64,000 bases of DNA from an uncultured delta proteobacterium (GTDB lineage Bacteria > Myxococcota > Kuafuiibacteriia > Kuafuiibacteriales > Kuafuiibacteriaceae), in contig CAWDML010000001.1 of assembly GCA_963803435.1 (NCBI GenBank), positions 1,600,001 through 1,664,000 on the forward strand. The letters run 5' to 3'. The position numbers and the translations under genes are program-made. Under the pieces are notes generated by a model, which ran no database searches, was not told the DNA's origin, and saw only the letters and a program-made list of their open reading frames with translations. Positions 8,571-19,293 of the stretch are shown piece by piece; within the stretch, counting starts at the first letter, position 1, and the number at the start of each line of letters is the position of its first letter.

Positions 8571-10283
8571 GTGGATACGGGCCACGTCCAGCGCTTCGAA
8601 GCGTCGGCGCGTGCGCTGGACCGGCTGATCGCCGAGCAGGCCGCGTCGAGCAGGGTGCAGGTTGGGCTCGAATCGTTGACGAAGATGCTGATCGAGCGGA
8701 TGCGGCCGACCGGAGGGCGGGCGGTGACGCTTGGGCCGGGCGACGTCTCGGCGCTCGAAGAGGCTGCGCGCGAGCGAGGGCCCGAGGTGGAGGCGGCGTT
8801 CAAGCAGCTCCTCTCCTCGGCGCTGACGGGCACGGTCGAAACGGGTGCGGGCAAGGTGCCGCTGCTGCTCCTCGACGAGGGGGCGCGGGCGCAGCTGGCG
8901 GGTTTTGCGGGGGCCAGCGCAATCACGGATCAGACCGTGCGCGGAGGGCTGGAGGCGACGGCCGACGGCGACGGGCCGCGGATCAAGACCCGCACGACCG
9001 GAACGCTGCTGCAGCTCGAGCGCTACCGGATGGAGGGGCTCGACGGGAAGGCACGTGGAGGCCGGAGCCCGACGAAGCCGAGCGATGTCGGCCTGGTGGG
9101 CGCCGGGATCCGCGAGGTGGCCCAGCAGGCGGGATCGTCACCGTCGGTGGCGATGGAGACGCTCGAGGCGCTGGGGCCGCGGATCGATCAGGCGGTGTCG
9201 TCGGTCGGCGTCGCGCTGTGGAAGGACGAGCACGTTCGGGGCTCGCTCCTCAAGCTGGTCACGGATCCTGCCCGCGCGAAGGAGCTACTCCCGGTGCTGT
9301 GCAAGGACACGGGCAGCGCGCTCTCGACCGTGCTCGGCTGCAAGCTCGTCAACGAGGAGGTCGTGCGGGGTGGGCTCCACCTCCTGCCCTCGATCGGAAA
9401 GCGCCTCGGCATCGAAGGGATCGAGCAGGCCACCGCCAACATCGGCAAGGTGCTGGTCAAGGAGGGCGCCGAAGAGGCCGTGAAGGTCGGCGCCAAGCAA
9501 GGCGTGAAGAAGGGCGTGATGGGCCTGCTCAGCACCATCCCGCTCGCCAACGTGGTGCCGATGCTCTTCACGGGCGCCGAGATGCTCGCCGAGCTCACCA
9601 AGGCGCCGCCGGACAAGCGGACCCTGACAAAGGGCGTCACCACGTTTGCGCTCCAGGTGGGCGCCCTCGCCTTTCCGCCCCTGGGCCTGGCGGCCACCGC
9701 GGTCGACCTCACCGGCAGCGTGGCGATCGGGGTGGCCAAAGGCCAGGAGGCCGGCCTGGACCGGAACGAGCGGCGGTCGGTCGCCGGTGAGGCGATCGCG
9801 CGGCACGGCGAGCGCGACCACGACATGACGCAGGCGATCGGCACGAACGCCGACCTCTGCTCGCAAGCGCTGACCGCGATGGAGCGCTCCTTCCGCGAGC
9901 TCGGGTCCAGGGATGCCGCCGAGCGGGCGAAGACGCTGGCGGGTCGGGCTGCGGAGCTGATGAAGAATCCAGAGGACGAGGAGGGCGCGCGGCAGCTCCA
10001 CCGCGACATCGGGAGCTTCTCCTTCGAGACCCTCCTGCCCGAGCTGATCACCCGCGTGAAGCGACTCGGTCACGAGGACTCCGAGTCCGGATCGCACTGG
10101 AAGCTGATGGCGGACGGCCTGAGCCAGATCAACGCCTCAGCGATCGGCGTCCGGTCCGATCCCGAACGCAACGAGCCGAAGCTCAAGATGTTGATTCAAG
10201 GCATCCTCAAGACCGGTATCGCCGGGAGCGCGCTGGTCGGAGAGCCGGTTCACCCGGCCCAGGTCGTCGAGCGCGAAGCCTGA
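8571..10283 (+). CDS. Hypothetical helical protein with a central hydrophobic region (start 8571 GTG or 8502)
   Basis: Long ORF with host-like codon usage; hydrophobic segments GLLSTIPLANVVPMLF and TFALQVGALAFPPLGLAATAV. Confidence 0.75.
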   Translation: MDTGHVQRFEASARALDRLIAEQAASSRVQVGLESLTKMLIERMRPTGGRAVTLGPGDVSALEEAARERGPEVEAAFKQLLSSALTGTVETGAGKVPLLLLDEGARAQLAGFAGASAITDQTVRGGLEATADGDGPRIKTRTTGTLLQLERYRMEGLDGKARGGRSPTKPSDVGLVGAGIREVAQQAGSSPSVAMETLEALGPRIDQAVSSVGVALWKDEHVRGSLLKLVTDPARAKELLPVLCKDTGSALSTVLGCKLVNEEVVRGGLHLLPSIGKRLGIEGIEQATANIGKVLVKEGAEEAVKVGAKQGVKKGVMGLLSTIPLANVVPMLFTGAEMLAELTKAPPDKRTLTKGVTTFALQVGALAFPPLGLAATAVDLTGSVAIGVAKGQEAGLDRNERRSVAGEAIARHGERDHDMTQAIGTNADLCSQALTAMERSFRELGSRDAAERAKTLAGRAAELMKNPEDEEGARQLHRDIGSFSFETLLPELITRVKRLGHEDSESGSHWKLMADGLSQINASAIGVRSDPERNEPKLKMLIQGILKTGIAGSALVGEPVHPAQVVEREA

Positions 10284-10753
10284 TGAGCGCGATCGATCTC
10301 GGGTTCCGGAGCGCCTACCGAGTCGCGCATCGCCTGCTGCGAGCCTGGTGGTTCGTCCGGCGGCCCCGCACCGCGGGCGCGCTGATCGCGATCTGGAACG
10401 AAGGCCAGCTGCTCCTGGTACGCAACTCGTACCGTCGCCAGTACACGCTCCCGGGCGGCTACGTGCGCAAGAGCGAGACGGCCAGCCAGGCGGCGGCGCG
10501 CGAGCTCCTCGAGGAGGTGGGCCTCGAGATCCCGGAGGAGCGCTTCCGCCCCGCGTTCGAGGGGGAGCTGCCGTTCGAGTTCCGGCGGGACTTCCTCACG
10601 ATCGTCGAGCTCGAGGTCGATCAGCGACCGGAGATCCACGTCGACAACCGCGAGGTCATCTGGGCGGGCTGGAAGAGCCCGGAGCAGGTCCTCCGCATGG
10701 ACGTGGTCCCCCACGTGGTGGACTACCTGCGGACCCGGCTCACACCAGGATAG
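10283..10753 (+). CDS. NUDIX hydrolase
   Basis: Nudix box LPGGYVRKSETASQAAARELLEEVG. Confidence 0.92.
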   Translation: MSAIDLGFRSAYRVAHRLLRAWWFVRRPRTAGALIAIWNEGQLLLVRNSYRRQYTLPGGYVRKSETASQAAARELLEEVGLEIPEERFRPAFEGELPFEFRRDFLTIVELEVDQRPEIHVDNREVIWAGWKSPEQVLRMDVVPHVVDYLRTRLTPG

Positions 10754-12530
10754 CGCCGCTCGTGGGGACGATCGGCTGATCGCCGAGCACGGTGTCGTTG
10801 AAAGATCTCCGCTCGTCGGAGATCTCGGCCACCAGCTCGAGGATCTGCGGGTGCGTCATGATCACCTCGTCGAAGTTCTTCTTGCTGAGCCGGAGCACCA
10901 GGCAGTCCGTCTCCGCAGTGATGCTGGCGGTGATCGGCGAGTTCGTCAGCAGCGACATCTCACCGAAGACGTCGCCGGGGCCGAGCTCCGCGAGCGCCAC
11001 CTCCTGTCCGTCGTCCTTGATCGTGACCACGCTCAGCTTGCCGTTGAGGAGCAGGAACAGACCCGAGCCCTTCTTGCCCTGGCGCAGGAGGACCTCGTCC
11101 TTCTTGAAGCTCTTGCTCTTGAACATCTCCATCAGCGAGCGCCGCTGCTCGGCGTCGAACGGAGAGAAGAGCGGATGCGTCGCCATCACCGTCGAGAGCA
11201 GGCGCTGCTTGTAGAAGTTGCGGAGGATGTTGGCGACGCTGGGAAACGACGCCACCACGCGATCCAGCACGGCCCTACTGATCTCGAAGATCTGGCTCTC
11301 GTCCTCCACGATCACGCTGGCGGTACGGGCGCCGTCCTGGAGGAGCGCCATCTCCCCGAAGAAGGCGCCGTCGGTCAGATAGGCCAGCGAGATCTCTGCG
11401 CCGGTCTCGCTGGTTCGGACCACCCTCACCCGGCCGGTGGCGATGACGAAGAAAGAGTCGCCCACCTCCCCTTCCCGGATCACGTACTCGCCGGGGACCA
11501 TCTCGCGCATCTCCATCTGCACCAGCAGCTCGATGAACGCGCTCTTCGGAAGCTCCGAGAACAGCGGGATCTGAGGTCGCTCGAGCGCCTCGGCCAGGTC
11601 GTCGGTGGCCTCGACCACGCGCTGGGTCAGCTCGATCGGGGCTGCCTCCCGCACGTCCGACGGCGCATCATCGACCGCCAGCGTCTCCGCCACCTCCTCG
11701 ACGACCCGCCTCACCTCGAGCAGCTCCTGGGTGTCGAGGTTCTCGACCTTGATGACGCCGTCCCAGGTCTCCTCCACGTTGCCCGGCTTGGGCCGATCGA
11801 GCTCGATGACCTCCTCGGACCGCTCATCGGCGAAATCGATGGGCTCGTCGCCCATCTCGCTCAGGAGCGAGTCAATCTCCCGCGACGTATCGCTGGCCAA
11901 GAGCTCGACCGCCGAGTCGAGCGAGCGCGGCTCTTCCAGCATGACCTCGCCGACCGTGATGTCCAGGACCGAGTCCTCGATCGACTCCTCCTGAACGGGC
12001 GCGGTCACCGGCCACGCCATCATCGGCGCCGAGGTCTCGCGCGGCGGCCACTGCGCAGGCGGGGGCTCGGCCGGCGCCGGCTCGGGGGCTCGCCGGCGCG
12101 CCTCGCCGTGCGTCCGCTCCACCTCCGGCTCGCCGTCGACCTCGGGGAGCTCGATCGGTCCCGGCATGTTGCCGAGCGCGCGCGGGGGGAGCGGCATCCG
12201 CGTCGGCGTGCGCCGCTTCGAGTACAGATCAGCGAGCATGTCCTGGGTGATCGTGTGGCGAGGGTCGACGCTCAGGATCATCTTGCATACGGCGATCGAC
12301 TTGAGGAGCAGACCGTCCTCGGCGTATGCGCGCGCCACCGGAGAGTAGGCCTTCACCGCCGCCGGGCCGTTCCCGAGCTTGCGGTAGAGATCGCCGATCT
12401 TGATCCGGCACTGAAGCTCGGACGGATCCTGCGCGACGATCTCCTCGTAGACCTTCAGCGCCTCCTTGAGCTTCCCCTCGGCGTACAGCTTCGAAGCTCG
12501 ATCCTTGAGCTTCCTCTCCCGATCGGTCAT
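10740..12530 (-). CDS. TPR + two cyclic-nucleotide-binding domain protein
   Basis: ATG at 12530 (MTDRERKLKDRASKLYAEG..TPR); acidic linker; cNMP motifs IREGEVGDSFFVIATGRVRV..FFGEMALL..RTASV and GDVFGEMSLL. Confidence 0.9.
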   Translation of the reverse strand: MTDRERKLKDRASKLYAEGKLKEALKVYEEIVAQDPSELQCRIKIGDLYRKLGNGPAAVKAYSPVARAYAEDGLLLKSIAVCKMILSVDPRHTITQDMLADLYSKRRTPTRMPLPPRALGNMPGPIELPEVDGEPEVERTHGEARRRAPEPAPAEPPPAQWPPRETSAPMMAWPVTAPVQEESIEDSVLDITVGEVMLEEPRSLDSAVELLASDTSREIDSLLSEMGDEPIDFADERSEEVIELDRPKPGNVEETWDGVIKVENLDTQELLEVRRVVEEVAETLAVDDAPSDVREAAPIELTQRVVEATDDLAEALERPQIPLFSELPKSAFIELLVQMEMREMVPGEYVIREGEVGDSFFVIATGRVRVVRTSETGAEISLAYLTDGAFFGEMALLQDGARTASVIVEDESQIFEISRAVLDRVVASFPSVANILRNFYKQRLLSTVMATHPLFSPFDAEQRRSLMEMFKSKSFKKDEVLLRQGKKGSGLFLLLNGKLSVVTIKDDGQEVALAELGPGDVFGEMSLLTNSPITASITAETDCLVLRLSKKNFDEVIMTHPQILELVAEISDERRSFNDTVLGDQPIVPTSGAILV

Positions 12531-14087
12531 CCCCCGCGCCTCGAGCTTCCGATGTCGTGCGGAAGCGTGCCGGCGACCGTGCGCGCGAGCTGGGTCGACA
12601 GATCCACCACCAGCGCGGCCGCCGCCGGACGCGCCTGATCGGGACGAACCGGGACCTGCTCGCGCCCCTCGTAGCGGTGCAGACGATCCCTGGCCCATCG
12701 GCCCTCGGGAGCGGTCTCCGGCGGCATCGCTTCGACCGCGGCCTTCGCCGCGTACAGGTCGCCCCGGACGATCATCGCGAGCGCCCGGGCGCGTCGGACC
12801 ACCCAGGTCAGATCGCCGGCGCGATCGATCGCCGTCTGGCTCGGCGCCTCTCCCTCCGCGGCCGCGATGATCGCGCGAAGGACGCCCCGCACCGGTGGGA
12901 AGAGCGGGTCGAACACCGACGCCTCGAGCGCATAGGTGAGCGTGCGATCGTCGGGCGGAATCGGCATCGGCATCGTGGTGGCGCTGTGCGCGCGCACGTC
13001 GAGGCCGAGGATCCAGCCGTCCCGACCAAACCGCTCGTGCGCGCGACGGCGCGCCTGGTTCCACTCCTTCAGCAGCGCCTCCGGGATGGGCGACACGTCG
13101 TCGCTCCAGTGGGGAGGGCGCGGCACCAGATCGTCGAGCGCCGGCGGCTCGGGCAGGAAGGAGGGGATCGAGACGCTCCTCGACGATCTCGAGGACGTCC
13201 TCCTCGTCGCGATCGTCTTCGAGGTCGACCTCCTCCTCCACGGCGCCGTCCGTCTGATCGTTCCAGTCCTCCGGCGAGGGGCTTCGCGGTTCCATCGGCG
13301 GGCGCAGCATCATGCCGTCCTCGTCGAGAATCGCGGGCTCGCCGCGTCCGAGCGCCCACTGCGACGCCGCCAGCTCGGTGATGGTCTTGAGCGCGATCGT
13401 GGGGGCTCGATCCCCGAACAGCTCGACCACGCGATCGGGGCGCCCGAGGGCCATCGCCGCCACCGCCGAGGCGAAGTCGGTCCCCAGCTCCTTCGGGGGC
13501 AGGACCGGCATGATCGCGCGGGCGGCCTCCATCAGCGTGCACGTGGAGGCCAGGCGCAGCAGGCAGCGCGGGCTGACCGCGACCTGGGAGAGCGCTCGGT
13601 CGCGTTCGGCCCGGGTCAATGTCTTCTCGGCCAGACCGGCCAGCGTCGAGGTGTCGATGCCGTCCCGCTCGCCGCGGAAGCCGGAGGGGACGCCCTTCCA
13701 GTCGCCGAGCACCGAGAGGGCCGTCGCGTCGGGGACCCCGTGGTCGGTGATCCCGGCGAATACCCCGTCACGCCGCAACGGCTCGTGCCGGAGCGCGTGG
13801 CTCCCGCTGGGCACCAGTCCGACCGCGACCCGCGCCACCAGGTAGGCGCCCAGGCTGGAGTGGAGCCCGTAGCCGGAGAGCGGGTCGCGCGGCCAGAGCG
13901 TCGCCTCGATGGCTGCGACCCGCGCCTCGAACTCCTCGACGACGGCGTCGCGCTCCACGGCGATCGAGTGGGCCGCCAGGGCCCGCGCCAGCTCGTGCGC
14001 TTCGGTCCGCGCGCGCTGGGTGGCTTCTTCTTCACGGGCGCCGATTCCGGGCCAGTCGAAGGGGCTAGGCGTGCTGGCGATCTGCAT
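12527..14087 (-). CDS. Hypothetical protein, one frameshift near 13165
   Basis: The N-terminal part of ORF 10740-14087 joins ORF 12527-13126 (LDP|SFLPEPPALDDLVPRPPHW); its stop overlaps the next start (ATGA). Confidence 0.65.
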
Positions 14088-14116
14088 CGAGCTTGCGATG
14101 CTAGACCAACCCTGAC

Positions 14117-14758
14117 CTACATGGAACGCTTCTTGGGTCGCAAGGATTCGGACGCCTGACGGCGATCCTCGGGCGTCTCGGCGTCCTCTTTGGGCTCGCC
14201 CTCATCCTTGGCCTCGGCCGGTTCGGCGGCGTCAGGCTCGCTCTCTTCCTTCTGCCGGAAACGCTCGAGCGTCTCCATGCTGAAGGCTTCCTTCCCCTCC
14301 TTCACGGCGTCCCGGAAGATCTTCTTGAGCTCGTCGCGGGAGAGGTGGGGGTTGTCGAAGTACGCCATCGAGACGCGTCCGAGGCCCCAGGTGAGCGCGA
14401 AGGTCATCGGGGCGGCGATGACGCCGCCGAGCGCCGGGAGCACCAGCTTCCGCAGCGCCGACACCGCCGCGCGGCCCGCCAGCGACAGGCCGGCGACGGC
14501 GCCGAGCTCGAGGACCACGCGCTTGGCCTCGGTCTTGGTGACCGGACGACCGAAGATGTGGCCGATCGTCATGACCATCGTGGTGTGGATCGGGATGAGG
14601 ATCGCCATCTCCGCCAGCGGGATGGGCACGACCGAGGCGGCGGCACCCCCGTAGCTCGACATGGTGACCACGGTTCGCGCCGCTTTGAGGCGCTCCTCGG
14701 GGGTGGCCTCGCTCCAGTCCTTCTTCCGAATCTGCGCGAGCGTGTCGAGCCAGGACAT
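14117..14758 (-). CDS. DUF697/YcjF-like membrane-associated protein
   Basis: AAASVVPIPLAEMAILIPIHTTMVMTIGHIFG..KLVLPALGGVIAAPMTFALTWGLGR..YF. Confidence 0.75.
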   Translation of the reverse strand: MSWLDTLAQIRKKDWSEATPEERLKAARTVVTMSSYGGAAASVVPIPLAEMAILIPIHTTMVMTIGHIFGRPVTKTEAKRVVLELGAVAGLSLAGRAAVSALRKLVLPALGGVIAAPMTFALTWGLGRVSMAYFDNPHLSRDELKKIFRDAVKEGKEAFSMETLERFRQKEESEPDAAEPAEAKDEGEPKEDAETPEDRRQASESLRPKKRSM

Positions 14759-14765
14759 CCGGTTC

Positions 14766-15491
14766 CTAGAACGTGTACTTGATCGGAATGGTTCCGCTCA
14801 AGCCAGGGATGAACTCGCCGTTCACGATGGCCCCGACGAACCCCGCCTGGATCCCGATCGAGAAGTCGTTGAGCAGCGTGTACAGCTCGACGCCGAACTG
14901 GCCCCCCACCACCGGCGCAAAAACCGCCTTGCCGGCATTCGGATCGTCGGCGGTGAGCGTGGGGTCGGGCGTGACGAAGCCGGCACCGCCGTGGAGCTTG
15001 AGCGTGAGGCCAAACCGCTCCGTGACCAGGAAGCCGAGGTCGATGGCCGCACCGATCTCCTGGATGCTGTAGTCGTTGCTCTTCGTGTTGGCCGCGGAGC
15101 CCTCGGTCACGTCCGCGCGACCGGCCCCGCCGTTGAGGCCCATCGCCAGCCGGAGCCCGAGCGCGAGATCGAAGCTCGAGGTGCTGAAGACGTCGTAGCC
15201 GAACGTCGCGCCGATGTACGGCTGCAGGTTCGAGGTACTGCGACTGTTGAGCTCCACGCTGTTCGTGTTGACGCCGCCGAGCGTGACGAACACGCCGAGA
15301 TCGCCCACCGCGAAGAAGCCGCGTCGAATGACATACTCGGTCTTCGTCTCGGAGCCGTCTTTGGCGGCACCCTCGGCGCTCGCCTTCGGCGCGTCCGACT
15401 TCTTCTTGGCGCTGTCGTCTTCTTTCTGGGCGAACGCTCGCGCTGAGGAGAGCGCGAGCACGCTGATCAAAGCGATCGAGAGGGGCCGCAT
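14766..15491 (-). CDS. gltH: Gliding outer-membrane beta-barrel GltH/CglE-like
   Basis: Signal peptide; IRRGFFAVGDLGVFVTLGG, SNLQPYIGATFGYD, GVELYTLLNDFSIG, C-terminal IKYTF; position directly after gltG. Confidence 0.75.
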   Translation of the reverse strand: MRPLSIALISVLALSSARAFAQKEDDSAKKKSDAPKASAEGAAKDGSETKTEYVIRRGFFAVGDLGVFVTLGGVNTNSVELNSRSTSNLQPYIGATFGYDVFSTSSFDLALGLRLAMGLNGGAGRADVTEGSAANTKSNDYSIQEIGAAIDLGFLVTERFGLTLKLHGGAGFVTPDPTLTADDPNAGKAVFAPVVGGQFGVELYTLLNDFSIGIQAGFVGAIVNGEFIPGLSGTIPIKYTF

Positions 15492-15557
15492 TTTCGCGGG
15501 GAAGCTAACACGCCATCCGGCGGAAAGCTCAAGAAGAATTCCTGGGAGGCGGTCGGA

Positions 15558-17474
15558 CTAGGTCGACGCGAAGACGAACGGATAGGTGACCACCACGATG
15601 CCGCCGCCGCGGGGCTTCGGGAACTTCAGCGAGCGCATCACGGTGAGGACGCAGCTCTCGACGTTCTGGTCGTTCATCGACGTCTCACGCACCGAGGCCT
15701 GCGCCACCGCGCCGGTCGGAGCGATCGTGAAGTACACCGAGATCTTGCCGGACAGGTTCGGATTCGCGTTCAGCTGCTTCTCGTAGCAGTACTTGAACCG
15801 TGCCAGGTTGCGCCGGATGACCCGGCCGATCTCTTCCTTGCTCAGCGACCCCTGGATGATGGTCCGGCCGGGGAGGATCCGCGTGGTGCCCTTCCCGCGA
15901 CCGCCGAGGTCGATGTTGCCGTAGCCGCCGGTGCCGCGGCCGCCGTGCGTGCCGAGACCGCCGATGCCGAGCGAGTTGCCACCGCCGCCCGCACCGGTGC
16001 CGCGGGTGCCGAGACCGCCGGCGCCGCCGGCATCACCCATCTCCGAGCCCCGCAGGCCGCCCATGGCGTTGTTGATGCCCGTGCCCAAGCCGCCGGGGCC
16101 GAAGACGTTCGAGACCGCGCCGCTGCCGGCCGAGCCCTTGAGGATACCCAGGAGGCCCGCGTTCATCGCGATCTTGCGGTCCTTCTCGCGCTTGTTCGGG
16201 TCGACGCGGGGCGCGCCCGCCTTCGACGCCAGCGCGTCCTTCTTGGGCAGCTCCTTCTTGCCGAACTTGCCCTCTTCGTCCTTGTGCTTGCCGCCGCCCT
16301 TCATGCCGGAGAGGTCGAGCTTCTTGTGCTTCTTCTCCTTCTCGGGGGCCTTGAGGATCATCTGGGCGAAGCGGTTCTGGTTCTTGAACAGCTCGTCGAC
16401 CAGCCCGTTCTCGGTGTTCGGCGTGATGAACGCCGCCACCACGAAAAAGATGTGGACGAGCGCGGAGATGGTGAAGACGCGCGGGAAGTACCAGTCCATC
16501 ACCGCGCCGCGACCCATGGCCGCGTTCCCGCGGGTGAACTGGACCAGATAGGTGAGCGTCCCGATCTTGACCGCGGCCCGATCGTTGAGCCCGATCCGTC
16601 CGCCCGGCAACTCGCGGGAGACCGGACCGTCGCCGCGGCGCATGGCCACCTTGGCGCCGCTCGGCACCACGATCTCGGCCTCGCCGCCGCGGTTGTAGGC
16701 GATGATGAACTTGTCGTTCTCGCCCTCGACCTCGAGGTCGGTCTGGCGCGAGTTCCCCATGAAGATGTTGAATCGACCGCCCGACCGGGGACCGACGGTG
16801 ACACCGCGAGGCTCGGCCACCTGGCAGGTGTCGACGACCGAGTCGCCCCACAGCGCCACGACCTCCAGCACCTTCTCTTGATCCGTCGCCTTCGACTGCG
16901 CACCCATGGGGCGCTGGAGCACCGAGAGATCGATGTCGTCGTCCTTCTTGATCACGTGCATGCCTGCGCTCTCGGGGCCGTGCCTTCCGTGGCCCTTCTT
17001 CTCCCGGATCACCTGAGTGCTCTGATCGACGTACGCGCGCGGAGCGGCCGGGGCCGGGGCTCTCGCCGGGGGCGGCGGCGCGGCCACGGTCTGCGGCTCG
17101 GGGGCCGCCGGACGCTGCGTGGTGGGCGCGGTGACATCGGTGTCCGCCAGCACGTGCGCCTTCTGGGGCGCGCCCAGCTGCGTGACCACGATCCGGGCCC
17201 CTCCGACCCCGATTCGATCGCCGACCCTCAGGGTGACCGGCTCGCTGACCGCGTGGCCGTTCACCGTGGTGCCGGCCTCGCTGCCGAGATCGATGATCGT
17301 GACGATGCCATCCGGCGTCACCTTGATGACCGCATGGATCGACGACACGCTCGGATCATCCAGCCGCAGGACCGCAGACGGTCCGCTGCCGATCAGAACG
17401 CTGTCGCTGTCGTGAACGGCATCGATGCTTCTGCCGTCTCGCAAGAGAATCTGGAGGCCGATCGTATATGACAC
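15558..17474 (-). CDS. gltG: Gliding motility protein GltG (FHA, TM, Gly-rich linker, TonB_C-like AgmX/PglI domain)
   Basis: FHA IGSGPSAVLRLDDPSVSSIHAVI; LEVVALWGD; TM helix with SALVH; Gly-rich linker; GSLSKEEIGRVIRRNLARFKYCYE..FPKPRGGGIVVVTYPFVF. Confidence 0.92.
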   Translation of the reverse strand: MSYTIGLQILLRDGRSIDAVHDSDSVLIGSGPSAVLRLDDPSVSSIHAVIKVTPDGIVTIIDLGSEAGTTVNGHAVSEPVTLRVGDRIGVGGARIVVTQLGAPQKAHVLADTDVTAPTTQRPAAPEPQTVAAPPPPARAPAPAAPRAYVDQSTQVIREKKGHGRHGPESAGMHVIKKDDDIDLSVLQRPMGAQSKATDQEKVLEVVALWGDSVVDTCQVAEPRGVTVGPRSGGRFNIFMGNSRQTDLEVEGENDKFIIAYNRGGEAEIVVPSGAKVAMRRGDGPVSRELPGGRIGLNDRAAVKIGTLTYLVQFTRGNAAMGRGAVMDWYFPRVFTISALVHIFFVVAAFITPNTENGLVDELFKNQNRFAQMILKAPEKEKKHKKLDLSGMKGGGKHKDEEGKFGKKELPKKDALASKAGAPRVDPNKREKDRKIAMNAGLLGILKGSAGSGAVSNVFGPGGLGTGINNAMGGLRGSEMGDAGGAGGLGTRGTGAGGGGNSLGIGGLGTHGGRGTGGYGNIDLGGRGKGTTRILPGRTIIQGSLSKEEIGRVIRRNLARFKYCYEKQLNANPNLSGKISVYFTIAPTGAVAQASVRETSMNDQNVESCVLTVMRSLKFPKPRGGGIVVVTYPFVFAST

Positions 17475-17502
17475 CTGTCTCGCTCCTGCGGCGCTCGGCG
17501 CC

Positions 17503-17787
17503 CTAGAGGTTGTCCGTCGAGTTGAACAGCTCGGGCAGGAAGTCGGTCCGCGTCTTCAGGAGGCTCCTGAAGTTGGTCTTCTTGCGATTGAGGAGATAGG
17601 AGCCCTCCGGCTTGGTGAGCTCGCCCTGAATGGTCACGTCGGAGAAGTCGATCACCGTCTTCTTCTTGAACGTGGTGACGTCGGCCTCACGCACGACGCC
17701 CTCGGTGGGCTCGTTCTGGGCGTAGGCCGCCGCGGACATTCCGGCCACAGCTCCTGCAAACGCAATCCCGAGAAGTACCTTCTTCAT
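17503..17787 (-). CDS. gltF: Gliding motility protein GltF/CglF
   Basis: Signal peptide then KKTVIDFSDVTIQGELTKPEGSYLLNRKKTNFRSLLKTRTDFLPEL. Confidence 0.92.
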   Translation of the reverse strand: MKKVLLGIAFAGAVAGMSAAAYAQNEPTEGVVREADVTTFKKKTVIDFSDVTIQGELTKPEGSYLLNRKKTNFRSLLKTRTDFLPELFNSTDNL

Positions 17788-17947
17788 CTTTCGCTCCGGC
17801 AGAACCGCTCCCGCCTTCCGTCGCTTGGACACGCCGAGGAGGAGCTGAGTTCCGACTTCTTCTCACCCTCGGCGTCACAGGCCCAATCGGTCAAGGGCCG
17901 GAGCGCACCGGAGGCATGATAATCCAAATGAGAACAGCTACTTATCG

Positions 17948-19283
17948 TCACTTTGGCGCGTCGCCACCTTCGGGGACTGGCGTCCCACCTTCCTCGGGCG
18001 CGGCCCCGTCGTCGGGTGGGGTGTCCCCCTCCGCGCCTTCGGCCGGCTGGTCCGTGAAGATTCTTGGAGGCGTCCGCGTCCTTGGCCGCCTTCTTCTCCT
18101 CCGGCGGCGGCTGGGCGGCCGCCTCCTGCTCCATCTTGATGGTCAGCTTGATGCCGTTGTAGCGGCCGCAGAAGCCCTCGACGTCCTGCTCGGTGCACGT
18201 CATCCCCTTGGCGCGCATGTACTCCTCGGCCTTCTGAAGGGCCTCCTGATTCTTCCCGGCGGACTGCAGCACGATGACCGTCTGGAGGGCGAGCTGCTCG
18301 TCCTCACTCGGATCCGCCACCGCCACCGCCGAGTTGGCCAGCTTCACCTTCTGCGCCATGGCCAGCTCGTCGGCGGCGCGGTCGAACTGCTGCAGGCCCT
18401 GGAGCGCGTAGCCGAGGCCCGCGTGGGCGTCGTAGCGATCCGGCCACGCCTTCACCACCACCTCGTACGCCTTGGACGCCAGCGCGTAGTCGCGGTGCGA
18501 GAGCGAGAGCGAGCCGATGTTGTAGTTCGCCACCACGTGCATCGGATCGAGCTCGATGGCCTTCTTGAAGGCGGCCATCGCCTTGCCGTTGTCCTTCGAC
18601 GCCAGGAAGACCATCCCCAGGTTCACGTAGATGTCCGGGTCTTCCTTCTTCTGCTTGGTGGCCATCTTGAGGGCGTTCTCGAGGATCGTCTGGGCGAGCT
18701 TGTACTGCTTCTGATCGTAGTAGACGAGCGCGAGGTTCTTGTAGGCGTCGATGTTGTTCTGATCGCGCATCAGGAGCTTGCGGATCGTCTTGATCGCGCC
18801 CTTGTAGTCCTTGTTGTTCCGCTGCAGCACCGACAGGTTGTTCAGGACGTCGGCGTTGTACTCGTCGGCCTTGAGCGCCCTGTTGTAGAGCTTGATCGCC
18901 TCTTCGGTCTTGTGCTCGTCCTTGAGGATCGCGCCCAGGTTCAGAGCGGCGCCGACGTCGTTCTCGTTCTTCGCGAGGATGCTCTGGTAGAGCTTCTTGG
19001 CCTCGTCCTTCTTGCCCATCCGGTGCAGCGTCACCGCCCGGTTGAAGGTGGCGACGTCGTCGCCCGGCTTGGCCGCCAGCACCTTGTCGTAGCTGGTCAG
19101 CGCCGCCGGATAGTCGCCCTTGGCGAACAGCTTGTTCGCCTCCTGCAGCATCTCCTCCGGCGTCCTCGCCTTGGCCGCCACGGGGGCGGTCGGCGGGGGC
19201 GGCGGCGGCGGCGGCGGCGTGCTGGCGCAGGCCGCGATCGTCGATGCGAGAAACGCGCTTCCCAGAATCTTCAGCGTGTTCAT
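17948..19283 (-). CDS. gltE: Gliding TPR lipoprotein GltE/AglT-like, frameshift near 18061
   Basis: Lipobox IAAC, poly-Pro, many TPRs; removing one base gives the acidic tail IFTDQPAEG..GDAPK with TGA at 17948-17950; lies between gltD and gltF. Confidence 0.8.
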
Positions 19284-19293
19284 GGCCGTCCCC

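Noticed and set aside
10740-14087. Single 1115-aa ORF
   Set aside because: The middle is R/G/A-rich off-frame sequence; it is two genes joined by a frameshift near 13165.
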